A program made the translations under genes and the position numbers. 64,000 nt of DNA from Parcubacteria bacterium C7867-001 (GTDB lineage: Bacteria > Patescibacteriota > Minisyncoccia > Phycocordibacterales > Phycocordibacteraceae): positions 317,159 through 381,158 of the forward strand of contig LFCK01000001.1 of the NCBI GenBank assembly GCA_001189095.1, read 5' to 3'. Under the pieces are notes generated by a model. That model saw nothing but the letters and a program-made list of their open reading frames with translations, ran no database searches and was not told the DNA's origin. Positions 1 to 9,131 of the stretch are shown one piece after another (positions within the stretch are counted from its first letter, which is position 1; each line of letters opens with the position of its first letter).

Positions 1-1215
1 ATGCAAACCACTGACGTCTACGCTGAAACCGCGATCGGGACCGAATCGGAGCTCCCGAGCGTGCCCATCCACGAGTTTTTACAACGACTCAAGAAGGAGT
101 TGCCGAAGCTCATCGAGCTCGTGACCGGCGATACACTTCGCCACCACGAGCTTTGGGGAAAGGCGATTCCGTATCAGGTGCCCTCGTACGGCTCCGGCCG
201 CTCGAAAGGGCACTGTGTCCGTCCGGACATTCTGCTCACGCGGGATGGCCCGAAAATCTGCGAGCTCGACTTCGTCCCTTCGGGAAGGGGATACCTGCTC
301 GCGAGCCTTGGACATCGCCAGCAAGAAGAGTTCACGAAGGCGTTCGAACGCTGGTATCGCAGTATGGGGGCCACGAATGTCCTCTATACGACCGCCAGCA
401 CAACGACCTGCCGGAACGAAACAGAGTACTTTGCGAATCGCATGCGCCGGTTCACCGACATTCGCGTGAATCCGGTGAATATCGACCGCGTCCCTGACGA
501 ATGGGGAAAAGAACTCTTTGTCGATCGTCTCTCGTATCGAAGCGAGATGAATACTCGTGAGGAGGACAAACTCCTTGCGAATCTCGACGTTTCAACTGCC
601 GAGCCATATCTCGACAGCAAGGCTATATTCGCCATGATTCATGAGCCTTCGCTCACGAAGATGCTCGAAGAAGAATTGGGAGTGGAAACGCTCGAGTTCT
701 TCCGCCAAGCGTTCCCGCACACCATGCTCGTCTCAAGGATCAAAAGTCCGAAAGAGGTCGAGCGGATTGCGAAAGAGCGCGAGAAGTGGACGGTCAAAAA
801 CAGTGACGTCGAGACCGATGTCTCGTGGGGCTCCCGCGGCACAACCGTAGGCGCACGCACGAGCGAAAAGAAGTTCACCGGACTTCTCCTCGGCACGGCT
901 GCAAACGCAAAACCTGCGGGCACATATCCGATCCTGCAGCGTTGGCACGCGTCTCGCGACTTCTGGTACGTATGGAACGCCGTTATTGACGGCGTGTACG
1001 AACCGACACGTCTCTACGCTCCGGACAAACAGTCCGACACGAAGACAACGCGCTACGCCGAGAAGGAGGTAGGGGCTCGATTGGGCTTCTATTTTCTCGT
1101 TAATCGCGAAGCTCGGTCGTGCGAAGTCGCACCGTATGGCTGCATGGTCATGCGTCAGGACGACCTCATCCACGGGGCAAGCGATGCTCTGTGCGTAGCG
1201 GTACAAGCACGCTAG
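1..1215 (+). CDS. hypothetical protein; motif 'VRPDILLTRDGPKICELDFVPSGRGYLLA' resembles circularly permuted ATP-grasp (type 2) proteins; N-terminus may be cut by the window edge
   Basis: 404-aa ORF beginning at base 1; the resemblance to the CP-ATP-grasp RPDLLL..DG..WvLE..PSG signature is from memory only. Confidence 0.3.
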   Translation: MQTTDVYAETAIGTESELPSVPIHEFLQRLKKELPKLIELVTGDTLRHHELWGKAIPYQVPSYGSGRSKGHCVRPDILLTRDGPKICELDFVPSGRGYLLASLGHRQQEEFTKAFERWYRSMGATNVLYTTASTTTCRNETEYFANRMRRFTDIRVNPVNIDRVPDEWGKELFVDRLSYRSEMNTREEDKLLANLDVSTAEPYLDSKAIFAMIHEPSLTKMLEEELGVETLEFFRQAFPHTMLVSRIKSPKEVERIAKEREKWTVKNSDVETDVSWGSRGTTVGARTSEKKFTGLLLGTAANAKPAGTYPILQRWHASRDFWYVWNAVIDGVYEPTRLYAPDKQSDTKTTRYAEKEVGARLGFYFLVNREARSCEVAPYGCMVMRQDDLIHGASDALCVAVQAR

Positions 1216-1234
1216 TTCCTAGCTATATCTCTCA

Positions 1235-1264
1235 AAGCGGCGCAGTTCGCTGCGCCGCTTTTCC
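1235..1264 (+). terminator. rho-independent terminator hairpin
   Basis: aagcggcgcag-ttcg-ctgcgccgctt followed by ttcc, directly after the stop of the 1..1215 ORF. Confidence 0.55.
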
Positions 1265-1295
1265 GTACGAATCGTTATACTAACTTTCACAATCC

Positions 1296-2405
1296 ATGAA
1301 CGACATTGAACAACTAACCCGCGACTTGGTCGGCTTCCGCAGCAGCCATGAGCGACCTGAAGAACTCAAGAAATGCCTTGAGTATTGTGTGCGTTTCTTC
1401 GACGGGCTTCCGCTTACCGTCTCCCGCTTCGAATCAAACAGTATCGAATCGGTACTCATTCACACAGGAGCCGCGGACAATCTCGATGTACTGCTTGTCG
1501 GCCACATAGACATAGCCGACGGACACGACCGACTCTTCACCCTTGAAAAGAAGGACGGGAAGCTCATCGGTCGTGGCGTCGTCGACATGAAAGCCTTCAT
1601 CGCAACATCAATGGCCGTGCTGCGCGATATGGTCCAAGAAGGCAGCCCGCTTGCGTTGGGGCTTCTTGTGGTGACCGACGAAGAGCTCGGTGGAAAAGAT
1701 GGCAGCCGGTTTGTTGTTGAAGAAAAGGAAATTAGGGCGAAGGTGGTACTGGTGCCAGACGATGGCGACGATATTCGACGCGTCGTGGAGCAAACAAAGA
1801 ACGCCTTTGCGGTTAAATTCACCGCCCGAGGGAAGAGTGCCCACGGCAACCGCCCATGGGACGGCGTTAATGCGATTGAGCTCCTTCTCGCAACACTTGA
1901 GAACCTTCGCGCAACATTCCCTTCGTACCCATCTCCTCCGGAAACGAATTGGGTAAATACGCTCAATCTTGGAAAAATCGAAGGCGGGATTGCAAGTAAC
2001 GAGGTACCCGCCGACGCGTCCATGACACTCGATATTCGTATCGTTCCGCCAACAACACGCGAAGAGGTATTCAAAGCGCTTGACGCTTCGCTTGTCGACG
2101 GCATCTCATACGAAGTCCTTGTCGAAGCGACTCCGACCACTCTCAACAAGGAAGACTCGCTCGTACGCTCATATCTCCTGAACATCGAGCGGGTAACCGG
2201 AGAAAAACCACTCTTCAAGCAGAGCGGCGGCGGCACTGACGCCCGCTACTTCGCTGCACGCAACATGACCGTCATTGTGCATCAGGGCACAGGGGGAGAC
2301 GCCCAAGGGGAAGGCGAATATGTTGAACTCGACTCGCTTACACAACTCGTTGATATTCAGAAAGGATTTATACGAGAGATGGCGAGCAAAACGCCGGCTA
2401 GCTGA
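1296..2405 (+). CDS. M20 family metallopeptidase (ArgE/DapE/CPG2-like deacylase)
   Basis: HIDIADGHD... and GRGVVDMKA metal/catalytic motifs typical of the M20 family; 369 aa. Confidence 0.75.
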   Translation: MNDIEQLTRDLVGFRSSHERPEELKKCLEYCVRFFDGLPLTVSRFESNSIESVLIHTGAADNLDVLLVGHIDIADGHDRLFTLEKKDGKLIGRGVVDMKAFIATSMAVLRDMVQEGSPLALGLLVVTDEELGGKDGSRFVVEEKEIRAKVVLVPDDGDDIRRVVEQTKNAFAVKFTARGKSAHGNRPWDGVNAIELLLATLENLRATFPSYPSPPETNWVNTLNLGKIEGGIASNEVPADASMTLDIRIVPPTTREEVFKALDASLVDGISYEVLVEATPTTLNKEDSLVRSYLLNIERVTGEKPLFKQSGGGTDARYFAARNMTVIVHQGTGGDAQGEGEYVELDSLTQLVDIQKGFIREMASKTPAS

Positions 2406-2423
2406 AATGGTATAATCGCCCTC

Positions 2424-3674
2424 ATGGATTTGGCGCAAGATTTAAAAGCGCGCGGCATCGCAGGGAACTCTTCCGCGCCGCTCGAAGAGATACTGAAAAC
2501 TAAGCGTGGCATCTACCTTGGTATCGATCCGACTGCCGACTCAATGCAGGCGGGGAATCTTTCCGTACTCATGCTTATGAAGCGACTCGCGAATGCGGGG
2601 CATCGCATCGTATTCGTGGTGGGCGGCGGTACTGGCATGATCGGTGATCCGCGCGAGAGCGGCGAGCGTTCACTCCTTGATAAGCGCACACTCGAGCACA
2701 ACAAGCGCGCCCTTCGTGCGCAGCTTCAGAAGATAATGGGTCGGAAAATAGAGATGGTGGACAACCTTTCGTGGCTCGGCAAGGAAGGATTGCTTCCGTT
2801 CCTTCGCGATATCGGCAAGCACTTCACCGTAAACGAACTCGTAAAGCGCGACCTCATCAAGCGCCGTCTCGACACGCCGGACGAAAGCATTTCCTTCACG
2901 GAGTTCACCTACTCACTCCTCCAAGGCCTCGACTTCCTCACGCTCTACAAGAAGAAGGGCGTCGACACGCAAATCGGCGGAGACGACCAGTGGACGAATC
3001 TCCTTTCAGGCGTTGAACTCATTCGTCGCAAGCTCGGACAGGAAGCGTACTGCTTCACCTCGCCGCTCGTCACCGACGCAAACGGCAAGAAATTCGGTAA
3101 GTCAGAAGGGAACGCGATATGGCTCGATCCGAAGAAAACCTCGCCGTTTGCCTTCTATCAGTTCTGGATTAATCTTCCGGACGCCAAGCTCGATATTTAC
3201 CTCAAGCTCTATACATTCCTCTCCGTAAACGAGATAGACGCGCTCATGGAGCTCCATAAAAGGAATCCGGGTGAACGGCAGGCACAGGAAACGCTTGCGC
3301 GCCTCGTTACTGAAACTGTGCACGGACCTGCAGCGACCGCGCAAGCAGCTGCAGCAACGGATGCGCTTTTCGGTAACCGTCCATTTTCGGAACTTTCGCG
3401 CGAAGAGATGGCCGTGGTTCTCGCGGAAGCAAGGAGTCTGAAGATTGATAAGGCGCGCCTTGCCGCTGGCTTCACTGCAGTCGACGCACTCGTCGATGGA
3501 GGACTCGCAAACTCGAAATCTGATGCCCGTCGCCTCATCGAAGCGAAGGGGGTGAGCGTAAACGGCGTAACTGCCGAAAATCCCGAGCATCCATTCTTCG
3601 AGACGGACTTCTCGACCGGTGCTGCCCTCGTCCGTAAAGGAAAACGCGACGTATTGCTCGTAATCTTGAAATAG
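2424..3674 (+). CDS. tyrS: tyrosyl-tRNA synthetase with C-terminal S4 domain
   Basis: GIDPTADSMQAGNL (HIGH region) and KFGKSEGNAIWLD (KMSKS); 416 aa. Confidence 0.9.
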   Translation: MDLAQDLKARGIAGNSSAPLEEILKTKRGIYLGIDPTADSMQAGNLSVLMLMKRLANAGHRIVFVVGGGTGMIGDPRESGERSLLDKRTLEHNKRALRAQLQKIMGRKIEMVDNLSWLGKEGLLPFLRDIGKHFTVNELVKRDLIKRRLDTPDESISFTEFTYSLLQGLDFLTLYKKKGVDTQIGGDDQWTNLLSGVELIRRKLGQEAYCFTSPLVTDANGKKFGKSEGNAIWLDPKKTSPFAFYQFWINLPDAKLDIYLKLYTFLSVNEIDALMELHKRNPGERQAQETLARLVTETVHGPAATAQAAAATDALFGNRPFSELSREEMAVVLAEARSLKIDKARLAAGFTAVDALVDGGLANSKSDARRLIEAKGVSVNGVTAENPEHPFFETDFSTGAALVRKGKRDVLLVILK

Positions 3675-3713
3675 CTGGAAAATAGGGCGTGGAATTGCTA
3701 TAGTTCCCGAATT

Positions 3714-3796
3714 GCGTCGGTGGTAGAGTGGTCAATTACAACAGGCTGTAAACCTGTCGGCTTCGGCCTACGGAGGTTCGAATCCTCCCCGGCGCA
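3714..3796 (+). tRNA. tRNA-Tyr (anticodon GTA), type II with long variable arm; CCA not encoded
   Basis: Hand-folded: 7-bp acceptor stem with one G-U pair (gcgtcgg/ccggcgc), anticodon loop ctGTAaa, long variable arm, T-arm ggagg-ttcgaat-cctcc, discriminator A. Confidence 0.85.
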
Positions 3797-3936
3797 CAAG
3801 AATCCCCGTAAGGGGATTTGTGCGTTCGGAGCGTGTCTGGGAGACACGCGCGGAGGATTCGAAAACTTTGTGAGTATTTTCTGAAACGTAGTATTCAGAA
3901 AATCCACAAGGTGTACTGATCCTGTAAGGATCCAAA

Positions 3937-3954
3937 TTCCTCCCCGGCGCACCA
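3937..3954 (+). repeat. direct repeat of the tRNA-Tyr 3' end (T-stem 3' half, acceptor 3' half and discriminator, here followed by CCA), 155 bp downstream of the tRNA
   Basis: tcctccccggcgcac occurs at 3783-3797 and again at 3940-3954; the second copy continues ...cacca; the spacer is rich in GNRA-type hairpins (3801-3819, 3831-3849 and others). Confidence 0.7.
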
Positions 3955-3966
3955 TAATAAGAAGAG

Positions 3967-3998
3967 TCGCCGCGGACGAAGGTCCGCGGCGTTCAGTT
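3967..3998. terminator. bidirectional terminator hairpin
   Basis: gccgcggac-gaa-ggtccgcggc followed by ttcagtttt; lies between the tRNA locus and the convergent minus-strand gene. Confidence 0.55.
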
Positions 3999-4268
3999 TT
4001 AGATGTCGTATTCCTTATGATGGTTCTTGAACGAGAAGGTTGGATTGTTGGTCGGTTTGCACCGCTCAGCATAGTCATCCGACTTGCGCCGTGCTTCCTC
4101 CATTGCGGAGCGCGCGAGCGGTTCCGCACGACGGCGGTAGACTCGCATACCTTCGACTTCGTCCGTGCGATAGGCCACCATGCCCGGATCGACTTTGTAG
4201 CAGACGTCCTTCTCATCGAAGAACCAGAACGCAGCAAGCAGCAAAGAGGCGAGGATGATGATTGGCAT
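3999..4268 (-). CDS. small single-pass membrane protein (hypothetical)
   Basis: Start moved to the internal ATG, which is preceded by AAAGGAG (MPIIILASLLLAAFWFF...); 89 aa. Confidence 0.5.
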   Translation of the reverse strand: MPIIILASLLLAAFWFFDEKDVCYKVDPGMVAYRTDEVEGMRVYRRRAEPLARSAMEEARRKSDDYAERCKPTNNPTFSFKNHHKEYDI

Positions 4269-4362
4269 CACGTTCTCCTTTCGTTGTTTCCGCGTATCGT
4301 CCCATACCCATGGTAGCAGGGGATGCTGCCGAGGCGAAGCGGCATCTGGTATAGTTTCCTGC

Positions 4363-5304
4363 ATGAGCGCAAAACAAACCCTCCTTACCGGCCTCCAGCC
4401 TTCCGGCGATCTCCATATCGGCAATTACTTCGGCGCCTTGAAGCCCTTCCTCGATGTATATAAGGACTACCAGAGCTTCCTCATGGTCGCTGACTACCAT
4501 GCACTCACGTCTGTTCGAGATGGAGCAAAACTTCGCCAAGGGATTATCGATATCGTCCGCACGTATCTCGCAGTTGGCGTTGACCCAAAGGACGCGGTGA
4601 TTTTCAAGCAGTCGCTCGTGCAGGAGCACACGGAGCTCGCATGGATTTTCGACTGCCTCGTGACCGTTCCATTCCTTCAGCAAGCACACGCGTATAAGGA
4701 CAAGGTCGCTAAGGGCCTCGAGGCGAATGCGGGACTCTTTACGTACCCAATGCTTATGGCTGCAGACATCCTTCTCTATAATGCGGACGTCGTGCCTGTC
4801 GGCGAAGATCAGCGTCAGCACATCGAATACGCGCGTGAAGCAGCTGCAAAATTCAACAACGCCTACGGCGAGACGTTCAAGGAGCCGAAAGACATGATTC
4901 TCAAGGGTGTGGGTGTTGTGCCGGGAACCGACGGTCAGAAGATGAGCAAGAGCTACGGCAACACCATTCCGCTTTTTGCATCAAAAGACGTTATTGCGGA
5001 AAGAGTCATGAGCATCGTTACGGATTCGAGCGGCGACAAGCCGGAAAACGTGTATGCCATCCACAAGCTCGTGCGCAGCGAGACTGAGCTTGAGCCGATA
5101 TATAAGGAATACGCAGGTAAGTACAAAGCGCTTAAAGAAACACTGATCGACGATCTCGACGCATTCATTTCTCCGATGCGCGAACGCTACGAATCTATTA
5201 CGGACGAGCAAGTAATCGCCGTTATCGAAGAAGGTTCTGCTAAGGCTCGCGAAATCGCGAAATCCAAAATGGAGGCCGTCCGAGCTGTCGTTGGCGTCGC
5301 CTAA
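4363..5304 (+). CDS. trpS: tryptophanyl-tRNA synthetase
   Basis: TGLQPSGDLHIGNYFGA (HIGH-type) and KMSKSYGN; start moved to the MSAKQ ATG at 4363. Confidence 0.9.
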   Translation: MSAKQTLLTGLQPSGDLHIGNYFGALKPFLDVYKDYQSFLMVADYHALTSVRDGAKLRQGIIDIVRTYLAVGVDPKDAVIFKQSLVQEHTELAWIFDCLVTVPFLQQAHAYKDKVAKGLEANAGLFTYPMLMAADILLYNADVVPVGEDQRQHIEYAREAAAKFNNAYGETFKEPKDMILKGVGVVPGTDGQKMSKSYGNTIPLFASKDVIAERVMSIVTDSSGDKPENVYAIHKLVRSETELEPIYKEYAGKYKALKETLIDDLDAFISPMRERYESITDEQVIAVIEEGSAKAREIAKSKMEAVRAVVGVA

Positions 5305-5345
5305 TCCGCGCAGAAACTGCGCGGGCGTGCTATTTTATAGCTCAT

Positions 5346-6677
5346 ATGGAGCGGACACTTATCGGGGAGCTTAGTGGGAAAGTTGGACAGGAAGTAACTA
5401 TTTTTGGCGTTGCGGACGTCCGCCGCGATCAGGGCAAGATGGTCTTTTTTGATTTCCGCGATCGCTCAGGAAAAGTGCAGGGCGTTGTCCTCCCGAACAG
5501 TCCCGCGATGGACGTTGCGAAGGAAACGACCATCGAATCTTCGGTGCGCGTGAGCGGCATCGTGAACAAGCGCCCCGAGAAGAACGTAGTCGCGGGAAAG
5601 CAAAACGGCGACATCGAGCTTGAAATACAGGGAATTGAAATCGTCGGAAAGGCGGAGGTACTCCCGTTTGAGCCTGACGCGGAACTCAATCTCGACACCC
5701 ACCTCGATAACCTGCCACTCACCCTGCGCACCGAGCGCTCGCGCGCCATTTTCAAAGTGCAGTCTGAAATCATCGGCGCGTACCGTGAATTCCTCACGAA
5801 GGAAGGTTTCCGCGAGTTCCAAGCTCCGAAACTCATCGGCGACGACGCTGAAGGAAGCGGTGAAGTGTTTGAGGTTCCGTACTTCTACGACAAGACCGCG
5901 CACCTTGCGACCTCGCCGCAGCTCTACAAGCAGATCATGGTCGGGGTCTTCGAGCGCGTGTTCTGCGCCGGCATCGTTTTCCGCGCGGAAAAGCATGCGA
6001 CGACCCGCCACCTGAACGAATACACCTCGCTCGATATGGAGATGGGCTTCATTGAGGATCATCACGACCTCATGAACATGGAAACGAAGCTTATGCGCCA
6101 TATCACGGACCACCTTCGCGCGACCTGCGCGGACGAATTCGCGATTCTCGGCGCCGACATTCCGAAGGTTCCGGAAGAGATTCCATTCATGAAGCTTCGC
6201 GAAGCGCAGGAACTCATTAAGAAAGAGACTGGAGCTGATAAAACGAACGAGCCGGACCTCGAACCGGAAGACGAGCGCTGGCTCTGCGAGTGGGCGGCAA
6301 AGGAACGCGGTTCGGATTTCATTTTCGTGACGCACTATCCTGTGGCTAAGCGCCCGATGTACACGATGGAGGACGAAAACGATAAAGGCTTCACCAAGAG
6401 CTTCGACCTCCTTTTCCGCGGCATCGAAATCACGACCGGCGGGCAGCGTCGCCATGACTATCAGAACCTCATCGACGGCATCAAGATGAAAGGCCTTAAT
6501 CCTGACCAGTTCTCCTACTATCTCCAGGCCTTCAAATACGGCATGCCGCCACACGGCGGTTGGGGCATGGGCCTCGAACGCCTCACTGCGAAGTTCCTTA
6601 ATCTCGCAAACGTGAAAGAAGCTGCACTCTTCCCACGCGATATCAACCGCATCGATACACGACTTTCAGAAAACTAA
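5346..6677 (+). CDS. aspS: aspartyl-tRNA synthetase, archaeal/eukaryotic-type (possibly non-discriminating)
   Basis: Class II motifs (FRAEKHATTRHLNEYTSLDMEMGF; GGWGMGLERL), SPQLYKQ motif, 443 aa, which is short compared with the bacterial type. Confidence 0.75.
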   Translation: MERTLIGELSGKVGQEVTIFGVADVRRDQGKMVFFDFRDRSGKVQGVVLPNSPAMDVAKETTIESSVRVSGIVNKRPEKNVVAGKQNGDIELEIQGIEIVGKAEVLPFEPDAELNLDTHLDNLPLTLRTERSRAIFKVQSEIIGAYREFLTKEGFREFQAPKLIGDDAEGSGEVFEVPYFYDKTAHLATSPQLYKQIMVGVFERVFCAGIVFRAEKHATTRHLNEYTSLDMEMGFIEDHHDLMNMETKLMRHITDHLRATCADEFAILGADIPKVPEEIPFMKLREAQELIKKETGADKTNEPDLEPEDERWLCEWAAKERGSDFIFVTHYPVAKRPMYTMEDENDKGFTKSFDLLFRGIEITTGGQRRHDYQNLIDGIKMKGLNPDQFSYYLQAFKYGMPPHGGWGMGLERLTAKFLNLANVKEAALFPRDINRIDTRLSEN

Positions 6678-6678
6678 T

Positions 6679-7635
6679 ATGACACTCAAAGAAATCTACG
6701 ACCTCGGCATACAGATGGGCATTGATGCTGATCCCCGTGGCCGCGCGTCCGTTGAGAAAGTTCTTGCTCGCCGAAATAAAGAGTTCGGTGCGCTTTCAAA
6801 AGAGAAGCAAGCAGAATTCGACAAAGAAGAGCTGACGAATCCCTACACCGACACTCGCATCCTCTTCGGTGATCCAGCCAAGGAGGTTCGAAATGTACTT
6901 GCTGGCATCGATATCGACGCTGCCGAAATACTGCTTGCCGACCGTCTCAACGAGAAGGGAGCGAATATCGACCTCGTCATTGCGCACCATCCGAACGGCG
7001 AATCGCTCGCCGCGCTTCACGAAGTCATGGACATGCAGGCGGACATCATGAATAAGTACGGCGTTCCCATAAACATCGCTGAAGGACTTCTGCGCGAGCG
7101 CATCAAGCAGGTTGGCCGTCGCTTCAATCCGATGAACCACACGCAGGCAGTGGATGCCGCTCGACTCCTCGGCATCGCGCATATGTGCAGTCACACCATT
7201 ACGGACAATATGGTCTACGAATTCCTCGAGAACCTCGTTACCTCCCGCGAGTTCGAAACCGTCGGCGACGTTATCGAAATGCTCAAAGAAATCCCTGAGT
7301 ACCAGGAAGCGGCAAAGGGGAAGGCAGGACCGACCATTGTCTCCGGAAGCGAGAAGAGTCGCGCAGGAAAAGTTGCTGCGCTTGAAATCACCGGCGGCAC
7401 TAACGCTGCGGAGAACGTCTACGAGCGCCTTTCGCACGCTGGCATCGGCACCATCATCTCCATGCATGCAGGCGAAGAGCACCTCAAAGAAGCGCAGAAG
7501 CACCACATCAACATGGTCATCGCGGGACACATGAGCTCCGACAGCCTTGGCATGAATCTTTTCCTCGACGCGATTGAAAAGAAGGGAGTTGGCGTAACTG
7601 CGTGCTCCGGTTTGATACGCGTAAAGCGAATTTAG
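6679..7635 (+). CDS. Nif3-like dinuclear metal centre protein (YqfO/YbgI family)
   Basis: N-terminal pattern ...DPAKEVRNVLAGIDIDAAEI...GANIDLVIAHHP matches the Nif3 family; 318 aa. Confidence 0.55.
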   Translation: MTLKEIYDLGIQMGIDADPRGRASVEKVLARRNKEFGALSKEKQAEFDKEELTNPYTDTRILFGDPAKEVRNVLAGIDIDAAEILLADRLNEKGANIDLVIAHHPNGESLAALHEVMDMQADIMNKYGVPINIAEGLLRERIKQVGRRFNPMNHTQAVDAARLLGIAHMCSHTITDNMVYEFLENLVTSREFETVGDVIEMLKEIPEYQEAAKGKAGPTIVSGSEKSRAGKVAALEITGGTNAAENVYERLSHAGIGTIISMHAGEEHLKEAQKHHINMVIAGHMSSDSLGMNLFLDAIEKKGVGVTACSGLIRVKRI

Positions 7636-7784
7636 GTTCGATTAAAAACCGTTCATGGAGTCGACGTGCGACTCGGAACGGTAAGACTTTGCCTAGCGGC
7701 CCGGAGCGCCGTTTCGAGGTGCATGTCGGCGGAATAGGTTTTAAGGAACACTCCTAGACGCAAAATCGGTTAGAATGTAGCTAA

Positions 7785-8528
7785 ATGGACACCGAAGTCA
7801 TCGGCGAGAGCGTGCATATCAAGACGGACTCCTACGAAGGGCCGTTCGAGCTCGTTATTGAGCTTATCGAAAAGCGAAAACTGCTCGTTAATGAAATAAC
7901 GCTCGCTCAGATAACGGACGAATTCATCGCTCACGTGCGAGGCCAAGCGCAGTTCCCGATGGAAGCGGCAGCGAACTTCATCGGTGTCGCCGCGACACTC
8001 CTCCTCATCAAGTCGAAGTCGCTCATCCCCGACCTCGAACTCTCAAGCGAAGAAGAAAGCGACGTCGAAGAGCTCAAGCGTCGCCTCATGCAGTACGAAG
8101 AGACCCGCGAGACAGCTCGCGAGCTCGCCAAACTCTTCGGGAGAAGCGTCATGGTCGAACGCGGCGAACGTACGCCCGAGCCAATTTTTTCGCCTAGCAG
8201 CGACCTTTCAAAAGCGAACCTTGAACAATCGCTCGATCAACTGCTCGCCTCACTCGCAAAAGAAGAGAAGCTTCCAGAGGTCCGTGTGCGCCCCGTCGTT
8301 ACGATTGAGGAAATGATGGAGCGACTCCTCGGCCGCGTGCAGAAAGCGCTCTCGCTCTCCTTCAAGGAGTTCTCGGGTGAATCCAAGGAGCGCGTCGAAG
8401 TCATCGTTTCATTCCTCGCACTCCTCGAACTCATAAAAATGGGCCGCCTTGACGCCTCGCAGGATGGCGGGCATTTCTCCGACATCAATATTAAAAATCT
8501 CTCCGCGGACGTTCCCAGCTACGGCTAG
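7785..8528 (+). CDS. scpA: segregation and condensation protein A
   Basis: FEGPFELVIELIEKRKLLVNEITLAQITDEF signature; 247 aa. Confidence 0.85.
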   Translation: MDTEVIGESVHIKTDSYEGPFELVIELIEKRKLLVNEITLAQITDEFIAHVRGQAQFPMEAAANFIGVAATLLLIKSKSLIPDLELSSEEESDVEELKRRLMQYEETRETARELAKLFGRSVMVERGERTPEPIFSPSSDLSKANLEQSLDQLLASLAKEEKLPEVRVRPVVTIEEMMERLLGRVQKALSLSFKEFSGESKERVEVIVSFLALLELIKMGRLDASQDGGHFSDINIKNLSADVPSYG

Positions 8529-8558
8529 GGTTTTTCTCGTCGCGCTTATGCGTTATTC

Positions 8559-9131
8559 TTGAAACATATGGCTCTGACCCCTCCGGCGATGCTTGAAGCC
8601 CTTTTGTTCGCCTCGGGCGAACCGCTTCCTAAAAAGCGCCTTGCGGCGCTTATCGGTGTGCCTGCTGACATGCTCCAGAAGGCGATAGACACGCTCCAAG
8701 AAGACCTCAAGGACCGCGGACTCGCCATTGTGGAAACAGGCGAGGATGTCGAGCTCCGCACCAGCCCCGAGGCTGCGCCACTCATCAAGAAGCTCCGCGA
8801 AAACGAGCTTTCCCGCGACCTCGGGAAAGCTGGCCTTGAAACGCTTGCGCTCGTCCTCTACAAGAAGTCCGCGACCAGAAGCGAGATAGATTTTGTACGC
8901 GGCGTGAATTCAACAGCAGCACTCCGCTCGCTCCTCCTACGCGGCCTCATTGAGCGTACGGAAGACGATACTGATCGCCGCCGCGCGAAGTACCGCGCAA
9001 CGACCGACGCACTTGCACATCTCGGCGTCTCCAAAGTAGAGGACTTGCCGCGCTACTCGCAATTTACGGGAGCGCTCAAAGCACACGAAACCGCAGTGGC
9101 TGCAGCCGTGCCTGAAGATCATGATGGATAA
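8559..9131 (+). CDS. scpB: segregation and condensation protein B
   Basis: ALLFASGEPLP...LAAL motif, follows scpA; 190 aa. Confidence 0.85.
   Translation: MKHMALTPPAMLEALLFASGEPLPKKRLAALIGVPADMLQKAIDTLQEDLKDRGLAIVETGEDVELRTSPEAAPLIKKLRENELSRDLGKAGLETLALVLYKKSATRSEIDFVRGVNSTAALRSLLLRGLIERTEDDTDRRRAKYRATTDALAHLGVSKVEDLPRYSQFTGALKAHETAVAAAVPEDHDG

Noticed and set aside
3937-3954. Second tRNA-like 3' end as an independent tRNA gene
   Set aside because: Only the T-stem 3' half and the acceptor strand are present. No D-arm or anticodon arm can be formed from the upstream sequence.
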